Origin: Candidatus Hydrothermarchaeales archaeon | Lineage (GTDB): Archaea > Hydrothermarchaeota > Hydrothermarchaeia > Hydrothermarchaeales > JAZGAD01 | Direction: 5' to 3' | Length of the DNA stretch: 64,000 nt | Assembly (NCBI GenBank): GCA_036444275.1 | Contig: JAZGAD010000010.1 | Location: 14,271-78,270, forward strand | In this document: positions 1 to 10,361 of the stretch, in pieces | Numbering within the stretch: the stretch's first letter is position 1 | How the letters are laid out: each line of letters starts with the position of its first letter | Position numbers and translations under genes: made by a program | Notes under the pieces: generated by a model | The model's database searches: none | What the model saw: only the letters and a program-made list of their open reading frames with translations | Told to the model about the DNA's origin: nothing

Positions 1-106
1 TTATTTCATCACAGTTTTAACGAAATTGAGGGTAGTGAAGATAATTCCTATAAGAATAAAATGCATCCCAGATTATTTCATTTCTTTCCGCATCTAAAGT
101 TGCGTG

Positions 107-1327
107 TTATACACTGTTGGGATTTTGGCTTCTTATTAGTTCTTCTGAAAGTTGAATGAACTCTTTTGCCATACGCTTCTTATCAAACATTTCTTCGACT
201 CTCTTTCTTCCATTCTCACCAAACTCTTTCGCAAGACTTTGATTGGAGAGAAGTTCAAGGATACGATCTGCTAACTCTACAGGCAACCTATCCTCATTCC
301 GATTAATTAAAAATCCTGTTTTGCTGTGAACTACAGACTCTACCATCCCACCAGAGCGTGTGACTATAACCGGATTCCCGCAGGCCATTCCCTCAACCGG
401 GCCAAGCCCGAATGGTTCGTTCCCAATGGTCGTGTAGATTAAAATATCACAAAGAGAAACGATTTTAGGAATATCGTGATGGGTATAATCACTTATATGG
501 ATATTTTCTCCAAGATTGTTATCCTGAATAAATTTATCTATTTCCAAGTCATATCTTGCCAATTCGTCCATATCCTTAAAAATCCTCTTCTTCCGTCCAG
601 TCAGGACCATTAGCGCTCGAGGAAATTTTTTTATTACGATGGGCATGGACTTAATTGCCGATAATATTCCTTTCCGGGGTAGAAATCTTGCATTGTTAAG
701 AATTACTTCCCTGCCCTCAAAACCGTATTTTTTCTTTAATTTTTCCTTTTCTTCCTTTGTGCGAGGAGTAAATAGATCAAGATTTATGCCATGCATTATT
801 ACAGTCCATTTATCGCTTGGGATATTAGGTTTTTTTGAACCCAATGAGTTCTTCATATACTTACTAATTGTAACAAGTCTATCCCAGGAAATTTTTTCAA
901 TTATTTGCCACATAATATCCATTGATCGATCTTTAAAGACATCATTATGGAGAACCAAATAGCAAGGGATGCCTCTTTCAGCGCATGCATCTTTTAATGC
1001 TCTTGAGAGATCGTAGAAATCCATATGGAGGTTATGAGCCTGTACTAGATTTATTCCCTGATCGTCTAAAAATTTATCAAACATTTGTTTTGAGGTATCA
1101 TAAATATTTTCAAACCCTTCAATAATAGAGGGAACCATTTCATCAACGCGTATAACATTTACTCCCTCTACAACTTCAATGCTTGGAGTTCCTTCACAGC
1201 TCCCGCAGAGAACATGCACCTCTGCTCCTTGTCTCACCATTTCTGGGCATATGGTCAAAAGATGCGTCTCAACTCCACCAATAACGGGAGGAAATGCCCA
1301 GTGAATAACCCCAACTTTTAATTTTAT
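107..1327 (-). CDS. GT4-family (GT-B) glycosyltransferase
   Basis: ORF 107-1258 with EPFGLGPVEGMACG and RKG motifs; the frame stays open upstream to 1327 (KLKVGVIHWAFPPVIGGVETH, a typical GT4 N-terminus). Confidence 0.85.
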   Translation of the reverse strand: MKLKVGVIHWAFPPVIGGVETHLLTICPEMVRQGAEVHVLCGSCEGTPSIEVVEGVNVIRVDEMVPSIIEGFENIYDTSKQMFDKFLDDQGINLVQAHNLHMDFYDLSRALKDACAERGIPCYLVLHNDVFKDRSMDIMWQIIEKISWDRLVTISKYMKNSLGSKKPNIPSDKWTVIMHGINLDLFTPRTKEEKEKLKKKYGFEGREVILNNARFLPRKGILSAIKSMPIVIKKFPRALMVLTGRKKRIFKDMDELARYDLEIDKFIQDNNLGENIHISDYTHHDIPKIVSLCDILIYTTIGNEPFGLGPVEGMACGNPVIVTRSGGMVESVVHSKTGFLINRNEDRLPVELADRILELLSNQSLAKEFGENGRKRVEEMFDKKRMAKEFIQLSEELIRSQNPNSV

Positions 1328-1398
1328 ATTTTCTCAGCTCCAACGTTAGAGTACGTCACCGATTATTATGTTTATGACCTATATTATACCTTGGTAGG

Positions 1399-1600
1399 AT
1401 GGGCTTCTCATATTTGGGGTGAAGGAGGCGTTGAGGAGCCTTGACATCAGAAGGAGCTACAAAGTCCTAAGGCACTGGATCCAGCGTCTTGGGGTCCTGC
1501 GCTAAAGGCTATTTCGAAAAGGGCGAGGCCAGCATAGCAGTGGCGAACGAGACCAAGTCAAGATAGACTGGAGGTGGTCAAAATCTAAAGTTGACACCAC
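1399..1600 (+). pseudogene. IS6-family transposase remnant
   Basis: Frameshifted fragments read GFSY/VKEALRSLDIRRSYKVLRHWIQRL, IAVxNETK and KIDWRW..VDT, resembling the archaeal IS6 N-terminus and DET motif; stops present. Confidence 0.55.
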
Positions 1601-1650
1601 CGAGATGATACCGAAAAGTTATATCTAAGGCCGCCTAGAGTCTAGAGTAT

Positions 1651-2814
1651 ATGGCCAAGGATATACTGGTGGGCATACCGGCAATAAACGAAGAGGCGAC
1701 TATAATCCATGTTTTGAATACTGTAGCTGAGGGCTTAAGCGACAACTTTCCCGAGTACAAGTCCATCATATTTGTGGCAGATGGTGGTTCCACAGATAGA
1801 ACTGTGCGGCTGGCAGAGTCTTTTAGGGATAGGTTTAACATAAAAAAGGTTGTGGAAAGGTCTAAGGGAATAGGAAAGGGCGAGGCTGTCCTCAGGATCA
1901 TGAAGATGGCTCGCGCGATGAAGGCGAGCATGGTTGCGATTATAGACAGCGACTTGCTGAGCATCCAACCTTCTTGGGTGGACTTTCTCCTTAGACCCTT
2001 GGCCTTCGGCATGGCTGATTTCACAACTCCCAGATATATCCGAGACAAGCATGACGGCGGTATAACCAAGCACCTGAGCTATCCAATGATAACCGCCCTA
2101 TTCGGCAAGGAGATCAGACAACCCATGGGTGGGGAATTCGGCATGAGCCTAGGTCTGGTCAAGAAGTGCCTTAAAAACCCTTTTTTCCCCAAGGATTTCG
2201 GCATTGACACATTCATGACGTCAGTGGCCCTTGCTAATAATTATAGGATCCATGATGTCCCCTTGGGACCAAAGTTCCATGAGTCCACCCAGAAATACCT
2301 AGCGCCGGAGAATCACCTCTTACCCATGTTCGAACAGGTGTGTACAGCCCTTTTTAACATGATGAAGTACTACGAGAGTAACTGGAGGTCCAGGGTTATA
2401 ACAGTAGGGCGCACACGACCTAGGAGGATTAACAGGTATAAAGGGGCACTGCCAACGCCTACCAAAGTAGATCCCGAGTGCTTCTATAAAGCGGCGGTGA
2501 TGAGGATAGACGAGTACGAGGAAGCCATGAAAGAGACATTTGGAAAGAGTGGATCAGACACAGTGAAGAGCATGGTGGAAAGCAAGACTATGCCCTCTGA
2601 GTTCTGGATCGAGAGCATTTTTAGATGCGCTGCTCACTATAAGAAGACGATGTCTCCAGATACCGTAAAGGTCTTAGCAGGGTTGTGGCTGACGAGATAT
2701 GCAAATTTTGTTGAGGAGACTAAAAACATGAATCTCTACGGGACGGAAGTATTGGTGTACGATCAGATGCTATCATTTCTGAATAAAAGGGACTATCTTT
2801 TGAGCATATACTGA
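1651..2814 (+). CDS. GT2-like glucosylglycerate/mannosylglycerate synthase (Ggs-like)
   Basis: DGGSTD, DSDL, PRYIRDKHDGGIT, IRQPMGGEFG and FGID motifs. Confidence 0.75.
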   Translation: MAKDILVGIPAINEEATIIHVLNTVAEGLSDNFPEYKSIIFVADGGSTDRTVRLAESFRDRFNIKKVVERSKGIGKGEAVLRIMKMARAMKASMVAIIDSDLLSIQPSWVDFLLRPLAFGMADFTTPRYIRDKHDGGITKHLSYPMITALFGKEIRQPMGGEFGMSLGLVKKCLKNPFFPKDFGIDTFMTSVALANNYRIHDVPLGPKFHESTQKYLAPENHLLPMFEQVCTALFNMMKYYESNWRSRVITVGRTRPRRINRYKGALPTPTKVDPECFYKAAVMRIDEYEEAMKETFGKSGSDTVKSMVESKTMPSEFWIESIFRCAAHYKKTMSPDTVKVLAGLWLTRYANFVEETKNMNLYGTEVLVYDQMLSFLNKRDYLLSIY

Positions 2815-2860
2815 CTATTTCTGATATAAACAAAGTCATTACAAGAGGCTGGATGATAAA

Positions 2861-3511
2861 ATGAACAATGACAAATTGAAGCTGGCTGCCTTCGACATAG
2901 ACGGCACATTATTAGAAGGGCGGAGTATCTTCCACTTAGGCAGGAGCTTTGGCTTCTTAAAAGAGGCTGAAGAACTCATCTACAGTAGCCTCCCCTTATA
3001 CAAGGTCAGCGAGGGGCTTGCCAAGCTCATGAGGGGTATATCCCTTGAAGATGCCCTAGAGGTCGTTAAGCGCATTCCTCTCATGAATGGGGCTGAGTAT
3101 ACCATTGCCGAGCTTAGATGCAGGGGGTACAAGCTGGTGATTATAACAGATAGTTACGACTTCGTCGCTGCGTACTTCAAAAGGCTGCTAAAGATGGACG
3201 CTACTTCCTCTAACAAACTATTGGAAGAGGACAAGGTCTTTACCGGAGAGCTTATTATGCCTAGGGGCTGCACGAGCGAGGAAGAGTGCAATTATCCTTC
3301 AGTATGCAAGCAAGCGGCTCTCCTAGGCTTCATGAAACAGTATGGGGTCTCTAAGAAGAACACAATTGCTGTAGGGGACAATAAGCCAGACCTATGCATG
3401 CTTCAAGAGGCTGGCATGGGCATAGCCTTCAACCCAAAGGTTCCAGAGCTGGAGAAAGCGGATGTGGTTATAAGGGAAAAGGATATGAGAAGAATCCTGG
3501 ATTATATATGA
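2861..3511 (+). CDS. HAD phosphatase, SerB-like
   Basis: FDIDGT motif I, conserved K, GDNKPD motif. Confidence 0.8.
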   Translation: MNNDKLKLAAFDIDGTLLEGRSIFHLGRSFGFLKEAEELIYSSLPLYKVSEGLAKLMRGISLEDALEVVKRIPLMNGAEYTIAELRCRGYKLVIITDSYDFVAAYFKRLLKMDATSSNKLLEEDKVFTGELIMPRGCTSEEECNYPSVCKQAALLGFMKQYGVSKKNTIAVGDNKPDLCMLQEAGMGIAFNPKVPELEKADVVIREKDMRRILDYI

Positions 3512-3538
3512 GATGAGGCCGCTAAGCCGCTGAGTAAA

Positions 3539-4906
3539 ATGTTTGGAGCTATTAAGAACCGGAAAGAGCTCATAGATACAGGTGTGTCTGAAGCCGATAA
3601 AAAGGCAAGACGATTAACCATTGAAATTCTAGAAGCTGGCCTGAAGGCCGCAGATCCACGAAAAGCCGTGAAAAAGGTGCTGTCTGTTAGAGATGAGAAC
3701 CTCGTCGTAAAAGGCAAGGCTTTCAGCCTGCACGATGTGGATAGAATATACGTCGTTGGCGCTGGAAAGGCCAGTGGCGCAATGGCAGAGGCGGTAGAAC
3801 AGGTTTTGGGGCGGAGAATTACTGGGGGTTATGTGAATATATTGAAAGGCACCTCTGACATGTTCAAAGTCAGCAAGGTAGTCCTAAACGAGGCGAGCCA
3901 TCCAATACCTGACGAAAACGGCGTTAGGGGTACTAAGAAAATCCTGCGTTTAGTCGAGAACACTGGCAACCGCGATCTAGTTTTGGTCCTTATATCCGGA
4001 GGGGCGTCTGCCTTGATGCCCTTGCCTGCAGAAGGTCTTTCCATGAAGGACAAGCAGAGAGCAACGAACCTGCTCCTGCAGTCTGGGGCAGTTATTGAAG
4101 AGATAAACGTGGTTAGAAAACATCTGTCAGGGGTTAAAGGCGGGCAGCTTGCTAGGGCCATTTATCCTGCACGTTGTATCGGGCTTTTGCTATCTGACGT
4201 TGTCGGCGATGACATAAGCACCATAGGCTCAGGTCCAACCGCTCCAGATAAAAGTACTTATGGCGATGCCTTCAACGTGCTTAAAGGCTACGACCTAGTA
4301 GAAGGCTTACTTCGTATCGCCCAGCACCTTGAAAAAGGTATGAAGGGTTTAATTCCAGAGACGCCGAAACCAGATGATGAGAGTTTTACTGCTACGGAGA
4401 ACTTCATCATAGGCAGCAACGAGGCAACGCTAAAAGAAATGGCACTACGAGCAGGGGAGTTGGGGCTTAAAGCAAAAATACTGGATGCTCAAATGACCGG
4501 GGAGGCCAAAGAGGCAGGGCGTAAATTCGCTGAACAGATAAACTTGTGGTCAGCGTCTGGGGGTGGTACTGCCTTATTGCAAGGTGGAGAGACCACTGTG
4601 ACGGTTAAGGGCGCAGGAAAAGGAGGCAGGAATCAAGAGTTCGTGCTGGGTGCCCTCTTATCTCTCCGGGAGAAAGGCGTTGCCATTGCGTCTATGGGTA
4701 CCGATGGGGTAGATGGCTCAAGTGATGCTGCTGGTGCTATCATTGACGGAAACTCGCAGCGAATGGGAAGAAGAATGAGCCTAGATGCAGAGAGATACCT
4801 AGTCAAGAACGACTCAAACACCTATTTTTCTTTGCTGAAAGAATGTATTGTCACAGGGCCAACCGGTACAAACGTCAATGATATAGTAGTTGGTGTCGTG
4901 GTATGA
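3539..4906 (+). CDS. gck: Glycerate 2-kinase (MOFRL family)
   Basis: GAGKAS, ISGGASAL, GGETTV, GGRNQE, TDGVDG, TGTNVND. Confidence 0.9.
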   Translation: MFGAIKNRKELIDTGVSEADKKARRLTIEILEAGLKAADPRKAVKKVLSVRDENLVVKGKAFSLHDVDRIYVVGAGKASGAMAEAVEQVLGRRITGGYVNILKGTSDMFKVSKVVLNEASHPIPDENGVRGTKKILRLVENTGNRDLVLVLISGGASALMPLPAEGLSMKDKQRATNLLLQSGAVIEEINVVRKHLSGVKGGQLARAIYPARCIGLLLSDVVGDDISTIGSGPTAPDKSTYGDAFNVLKGYDLVEGLLRIAQHLEKGMKGLIPETPKPDDESFTATENFIIGSNEATLKEMALRAGELGLKAKILDAQMTGEAKEAGRKFAEQINLWSASGGGTALLQGGETTVTVKGAGKGGRNQEFVLGALLSLREKGVAIASMGTDGVDGSSDAAGAIIDGNSQRMGRRMSLDAERYLVKNDSNTYFSLLKECIVTGPTGTNVNDIVVGVVV

Positions 4907-5007
4907 CAAAAAAACCGATGCCATAGGCAAGTCGTAGAAGTACAGCAGATACTGCATATACCTGCAAAATGTTTAAATTAACTCATGCTTAAGGAAGGAC
5001 CGAGAAA

Positions 5008-6198
5008 ATGTTCGTTAGCTTGTATAATTTTTTGGATGATGTAAGAGGCGGCTTCCACTTCGGCGAGGTGAAGATGAATGATACTACGCTGCGTGATGGT
5101 GAACAGACGCCAGGTGTAGTATTCTCCTTAGACGAGAAGGTCGAGATAGCCCGTTTACTGGATGGAATAGGTGTGCAGCAGATAGAGGCAGGAACGCCGG
5201 CGATGTCCCCCGAGGAGGAGAATGCAGTAGCCTCTGTAGCCAAGGAGGGCCTAAATGCTAGCACCATGGGCTGGGCGCGTGCTGTTCAAAGCGATGTTGA
5301 TGCTGTCCTTAGAACAGACGCAGATGCCATCGCAATATCCATCGCAACGTCTGATATCCACCTCCAGTACAAGCTGAAGATGACCCGGGAGGAGATACTT
5401 GACAGAGCGACGCAGATGGTGGAGTACGCTAAGGACCATGGCTTATACATATCCTTGAATTCTGAAGACGCTACTAGGACTGACTTTGCATTCCTCAAGG
5501 AATTCGGTCTTAAGGGTAAGGAAGCCGGCGCCGACAGGCTCAGGGTATGCGATACTCTTGGCGTATTGATTCCTGCTTCAAGCAAATACCTCGTAGCTAA
5601 GGTCTTAGAAGAGATCAAGATTCCTGTGGAGATTCATGCCCACAACGATTATGGTTTAGGAGTTGCCAATGCATTAGCGGCCTTTGAAGCTGGAGCAGAG
5701 TGGGCGTCCACTACGGTAAACGGTCTCGGTGAGAGGGCCGGTAATTCCTCGCTGGAGGGGATCATCATGAGCCTGTTGAAGCTGTATAACTTGGACGTGC
5801 CCTTCAATATAAACAAGCTCTTCGAGATATCCCGCTACGTAGAGAAGGCAAGTGGCATCCCGGTGCCTGTGAATAGAAGCGTTGTTGGCAGCCACATGTT
5901 CACTCATGAGTCAGGTATTCATGTGGATGGGGTACTAAAATTCCCCTACACCTATGAGTCCTTTTTACCTGATGAGATAGGTGCGAGTAGGCGTATAGTA
6001 ATAGGTAAGCACTCAGGGAAGCACGCAGTGTGGGACAAGCTTACGGAGTTGGGTATAGACACAGATAAGGAGCAGCTCATCGCCATCCTGGAAGCTGTGA
6101 AGCAGTCTAGTATGGAGCGCAAGAGTGCTCTAACAGATGCCGAGCTAAAGAAGATAGCTTTGGGGATCATAGGGAAGGCCGAGAAGATACAGAATTAG
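5008..6198 (+). CDS. Homocitrate synthase/NifV-like DRE-TIM acyltransferase (possibly Re-citrate synthase)
   Basis: [28 protein letters not shown]; no LeuA regulatory domain. Confidence 0.8.
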   Translation: MFVSLYNFLDDVRGGFHFGEVKMNDTTLRDGEQTPGVVFSLDEKVEIARLLDGIGVQQIEAGTPAMSPEEENAVASVAKEGLNASTMGWARAVQSDVDAVLRTDADAIAISIATSDIHLQYKLKMTREEILDRATQMVEYAKDHGLYISLNSEDATRTDFAFLKEFGLKGKEAGADRLRVCDTLGVLIPASSKYLVAKVLEEIKIPVEIHAHNDYGLGVANALAAFEAGAEWASTTVNGLGERAGNSSLEGIIMSLLKLYNLDVPFNINKLFEISRYVEKASGIPVPVNRSVVGSHMFTHESGIHVDGVLKFPYTYESFLPDEIGASRRIVIGKHSGKHAVWDKLTELGIDTDKEQLIAILEAVKQSSMERKSALTDAELKKIALGIIGKAEKIQN

Positions 6199-6230
6199 CC
6201 TGCATTGTTTTGCTGAATGGAGGTTTTATA

Positions 6231-7091
6231 TTGAAGATAACCATAGTGGGTGCTGGCAACATCGGCGCCGCTACTGCATTTTTATTATCAGAACGAAAGC
6301 TGTGCGGCCAGCTTGCCTTGATCGATGTAGTTGCTGATAAAGCCGCAGGGCTCGCTCTAGATTTGCTTCACTGTAAAGCGCAGCATGGTGTAGACATCGT
6401 TGGAGGTACTGACTACAGTTTAGCTAGAGATTCGGATATGGTAGTGATAACCGCTGGGATACCCAGGATGCCCGGGGATAGCAGGCTTGACCTCCTTAAA
6501 AAGAACTTTGGAATAATGAAGGGAGTAATCCAAAACCTAGTACAATATACTAATGGCATAGTCTTAGTAGTATCCAATCCCGTGGATGTCCTTACCTACA
6601 TAGCCTTGAAGGAATCAGGCATGGCTAAGGAAAAGGTTGTTGGCCTGGGCACAATGCTTGACACTCTCAGGCTTAGATCTTTACTCCCCGAGTCGTTGGG
6701 CATTGATCCTTCAAGTGCATTCGTCATTGGGGAGCATGGGGATAGTATGCTACCTGTATCTGGCGCAGGGGATAGGGAAGCACTACTGAAGTTTTTCAAT
6801 GAGGTTCGTTTCAGCGCAGCCGAGGTCATAAGGATGAGGGGCTATACCGCTCTAGCACCTTCCATGGCTATTGCAGAGGTCGCTGAGGCAGTTGTTAGAG
6901 ACCAAGGAAAGGTCCTCCCTCTTTCAGTCTATCATGAAGAGTATGACCTATGCATAGGCGCACTAGCAAAGGTTGGTAGAGAAGGTGCTACTATGGTGAA
7001 TATGAAACTCACGGAAGAAGAGGAGAGGGATTTCCTGAAGTCCGTGCAGGTATTAAAGAAAGCACTTGCCGACTTGGGTTATCAAGCCTAG
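6231..7091 (+). CDS. mdh: Malate dehydrogenase (LDH-like)
   Basis: GAGNIG, AGIPRMPGDSRLDL, SNPVD, GEHGD; TTG start at 6231 assumed. Confidence 0.85.
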   Translation: MKITIVGAGNIGAATAFLLSERKLCGQLALIDVVADKAAGLALDLLHCKAQHGVDIVGGTDYSLARDSDMVVITAGIPRMPGDSRLDLLKKNFGIMKGVIQNLVQYTNGIVLVVSNPVDVLTYIALKESGMAKEKVVGLGTMLDTLRLRSLLPESLGIDPSSAFVIGEHGDSMLPVSGAGDREALLKFFNEVRFSAAEVIRMRGYTALAPSMAIAEVAEAVVRDQGKVLPLSVYHEEYDLCIGALAKVGREGATMVNMKLTEEEERDFLKSVQVLKKALADLGYQA

Positions 7092-7168
7092 CTTTTAAAC
7101 GGCTTTGGCTTCCCTACCTTTTTATATAAAACTTAATCATAAACGCTAACTGCACTGGAGCCTTTAAT

Positions 7169-9082
7169 ATGTTGAATCTGACTCAGAAGATAATAAAGGA
7201 GCACCTCGTAGAGGGAGAGCTTCGCCCCGGAGAGGGGATCGGCATAGGGATAGATCAGACCCTGACACAAGATGCCACTGGTACGCTGACTTATCTCCAG
7301 TTCGAGGCATTAGCCCTGCCGTGTGTGAAAACCAAGCTTTCTGTAAGCTACGTGGACCACAATACTCTTCAAACCGGCTTCGAGAATGCCGACGACCACA
7401 GGTATCTCCAGAGCGTTGCAGCTAAATATGGCATCTATTTCTCTAAGCCTGGAAACGGTATATGCCACCAGGTGCACTTGGAGAGATTTGCTGTGCCTGG
7501 CGAGACGCTGTTAGGATCGGACAGTCATACCCCCAACGCTGGTGCACTCGGGATGCTCGCAGTAGGTGCAGGCGGCTTGGATGTGGCTATGGTTATGGCT
7601 GGTATGCCCTTTTACTTGGAGATGCCTAAGGTATTAGGCGTCAAACTTAAGGGCAAGCTCGCGCCGTGGGTAGCTGCTAAGGATGTCATTTTAGAGCTCC
7701 TTCACAGGATGGGTGTTAGTGGAGGTGTCAGCAAGATAATCGAATACTATGGCGAAGGTGTTGCTTCCCTATCGGTTACGCAGAGGGCTACCATAACCAA
7801 TATGGGAGCTGAATTAGGGGCTACAAGCTCGATATTTCCGTCAGATGCCCAAACAAAGGAGTACTTGAAGAGGCAGGGACGCGCCGATGTATGGAAGCAG
7901 CTGGAGGCAGATAACGATGCCGAGTACGATGAAATGCTGGAGATAGACCTCTCCTCTCTTGAGCCCATGATAGCCCTACCTTCGAGTCCTGGCAATGTTC
8001 GGAAGGTGAGTGAAGTAGAAGGCTTAAAAGTGCACCAAGTTCTCGTCGGCAGCTGCAATAACTCCTCCTGCAGCGATTTAATGATGACTGCAGCTGTGCT
8101 CAAGGATAGGAAGATTCATCCTGATGTGAGCTTTGCCGTATCTCCTGGCTCCAGACAGGTTCTCTTGGATATAGCTAGTAACAACTCTTTGTCTGCTATG
8201 GTAAAAGCTGGAGCTAGGATACTGGAGAGTGCATGCGATGGTTGTATAGGCATGGGGCAAGCACCCCCTACCGATGTAGTGTCCCTCCGCACTTATAACA
8301 GGAATTTTTCTGGGAGGAGCGGTACCAAGGACGACAAGGTCTATCTATGCAGTCCTGAAGTAGCGATTGCAAGCGCTGTCAATGGCGTGCTCACAGATCC
8401 ACGGAAGCTTGGAGATGCACCTAAAATAGAGCTTCCTGAGAGGTTTGATATAGATGATTCTATGATTCTGCCACCGGTTGAGAAGCCCGACGAAGTCGGG
8501 ATAATCAAGGGTCCAAATATAAAGCCCTTGCCCTTGCGTGGACCCCTTGTGGATGTGCTAGTGGGTGAGGTTTTGCTTAAGGTCGGTGATAACGTGACTA
8601 CCGATGCTATAATGCCTGCTGGCGCAAAGGTGCTTCCATTGAGGAGTAATATTCCTGCGATAAGCGAATATGCCTTCTCTAACGTTGCTCCGGACTTTGT
8701 GAGACGTGCAAAGGAGAAGAAAGGCGGCTTTATCGTGGGCGGTATTAATTATGGTCAAGGCTCATCTAGGGAGCATGCTGCTGTAGCACTCATGTACCTA
8801 GGGGTCAAGGCAGTTTTAGCTAAGTCCTTCGCGAGGATCCACAGGGCGAATCTCATAAACTTTGGGATAGTGCCGCTTGAGTTCGCCAATGCTGACGACT
8901 ATGAGCAGGTGATGGCTGGAGACACGATAGAAATGGGAATCAAAAATGCAATTGGAAGTGGCCGAATATCGATCTTTAATAAAACAAATAAAATAAATGC
9001 TAGCTGCGACTTAAGCCCACGTGAGGCGAAAGTCCTGCTAGCTGGAGGGTTACTGAACTATACGAAGGGTTTGAGCAGGTAA
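7169..9082 (+). CDS. acnA: Aconitate hydratase (short Aquifex/archaeal type)
   Basis: QDATG, DSHT, GSCNN, CDGCIG, NRNF, GSSREHA. Confidence 0.85.
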   Translation: MLNLTQKIIKEHLVEGELRPGEGIGIGIDQTLTQDATGTLTYLQFEALALPCVKTKLSVSYVDHNTLQTGFENADDHRYLQSVAAKYGIYFSKPGNGICHQVHLERFAVPGETLLGSDSHTPNAGALGMLAVGAGGLDVAMVMAGMPFYLEMPKVLGVKLKGKLAPWVAAKDVILELLHRMGVSGGVSKIIEYYGEGVASLSVTQRATITNMGAELGATSSIFPSDAQTKEYLKRQGRADVWKQLEADNDAEYDEMLEIDLSSLEPMIALPSSPGNVRKVSEVEGLKVHQVLVGSCNNSSCSDLMMTAAVLKDRKIHPDVSFAVSPGSRQVLLDIASNNSLSAMVKAGARILESACDGCIGMGQAPPTDVVSLRTYNRNFSGRSGTKDDKVYLCSPEVAIASAVNGVLTDPRKLGDAPKIELPERFDIDDSMILPPVEKPDEVGIIKGPNIKPLPLRGPLVDVLVGEVLLKVGDNVTTDAIMPAGAKVLPLRSNIPAISEYAFSNVAPDFVRRAKEKKGGFIVGGINYGQGSSREHAAVALMYLGVKAVLAKSFARIHRANLINFGIVPLEFANADDYEQVMAGDTIEMGIKNAIGSGRISIFNKTNKINASCDLSPREAKVLLAGGLLNYTKGLSR

Positions 9083-9094
9083 AGGACTGCACAT

Positions 9095-9241
9095 TTATTT
9101 AGCAGCGCCGATCCTGAACATTTTCGTTCCACAGTTAGGGCAGACTCCCTGTACTGCGGGCTTGCCATTTTTGAGAGTTACCTGCTTCGCGTCCTTTATT
9201 TCCCTTTTAGCCTTACATTTCACACAATATCCTGTTACCAT
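9095..9241 (-). CDS. Small Zn-ribbon protein (DUF5679-like), 48 aa, below the ORF-track cutoff
   Basis: Manual translation MVTGYCVKCKAKREIKDAKQVTLKNGKPAVQGVCPNCGTKMFRIGAAK. Confidence 0.85.
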   Translation of the reverse strand: MVTGYCVKCKAKREIKDAKQVTLKNGKPAVQGVCPNCGTKMFRIGAAK

Positions 9242-9425
9242 TTAATCAACTCGCATCTTCGTAGGCGTTATCGATATAAAAAACTTCCTATTTTGGTTTC
9301 CAGCCGCATAAAGAAATAGAGAAATAGATTTTTGACAGCATGCGATGAGGGTAGGACGAAGAACCGCAGCCTCCTCTAGCAGGCCTTGTAGTACTGGACC
9401 ATTACCCCCTGTGATGCGTATAATG

Positions 9426-9836
9426 TTAATGGTTGATTATCTTCAAAGCCTCTTCTTTAAATTCGTCAAAGTCGTTAAGGTGGTTTTCTAGGACATCAAA
9501 GACCTTTTCATCTTCTATGACTTCATAATGATGAACCAAGATATTTCTCATCCTCTTCATACTTTTAAGATTAGCAACCGTTTTTTCTGAGAGGTCTTTG
9601 GATAATTTATCTACTGCACTTTCGTCTCCGGCAGGAAGGCCCAGCTTCTTCATCTTAACCAGCAGGTATACAACGTCCGTAACTATTTCAATTAAGAGGT
9701 GCAGCAACCTCTCGCATACCCTCTTTGTCTGGAGGCTTGACTTGTATTCCTCAAGACTTTTCGGTATTATGGACCTTAACTCCTCCAGGTAAGTGTCAAG
9801 GAGGTCCAGCTTGGTGAGAATCCTGTCCCTATCCAA
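9426..9836 (-). CDS. HepT/DUF86 HEPN RNase toxin
   Basis: RNILVHHY (RX4HXY) motif; TTG start overlaps the MNT stop. Confidence 0.85.
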   Translation of the reverse strand: MDRDRILTKLDLLDTYLEELRSIIPKSLEEYKSSLQTKRVCERLLHLLIEIVTDVVYLLVKMKKLGLPAGDESAVDKLSKDLSEKTVANLKSMKRMRNILVHHYEVIEDEKVFDVLENHLNDFDEFKEEALKIINH

Positions 9837-10212
9837 GGGCCACACTCTCCAGATAAGCTCTGTATCTCGGGTAATAGTCCTCAAAATACCTTGAAGTTTT
9901 GATGCTTATGTCGTAGAGGGCATCTTCATCTTTGCAAAGGAGAACCTTCCCCTCTTTTAAAACCCGGATCTGTATGTAGAGAGGGAGCTCTTGATATGTG
10001 TGGATGTCCAGGTCGAACTTTCCTATGTACTCAAGACCTTTTTTTGCCAAGTTCACCGTTTCTTCTCTGGATGGAGCAACGACCAGACAGACATCTATAT
10101 CCCTGGAGGCCTCATCCCTTACATAGCTGCCGAAGAGGATGACAGCTAGGATATCCTTGTCTTTCTTCGCTTTTTTGGTGAGCTTTTGAATTTGGTCTTT
10201 TATTGGTGGCAT
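9829..10212 (-). CDS. MNT nucleotidyltransferase antitoxin
   Basis: LFGSYVR..RDIDVC motif; coupled to the HEPN gene. Confidence 0.85.
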   Translation of the reverse strand: MPPIKDQIQKLTKKAKKDKDILAVILFGSYVRDEASRDIDVCLVVAPSREETVNLAKKGLEYIGKFDLDIHTYQELPLYIQIRVLKEGKVLLCKDEDALYDISIKTSRYFEDYYPRYRAYLESVALG

Positions 10213-10361
10213 GATTGAAATTTTGCTTTGGTAGCACTTAAAAGTTGGGTTAGATGATGAGGGATGCGTATGGAATGGCCAATTACTGCGGGCTTGGGAA
10301 AGCTTTCCCAATTTCTTTACTCATAGTAAAACTTCTTTACTTTATGTAGGCGGAAGACAAG

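Noticed and set aside
9338-9417. Possible K-turn/sRNA between convergent-looking stems
   Set aside because: Only 4-5 bp stems and no convincing C/D or ACA boxes.
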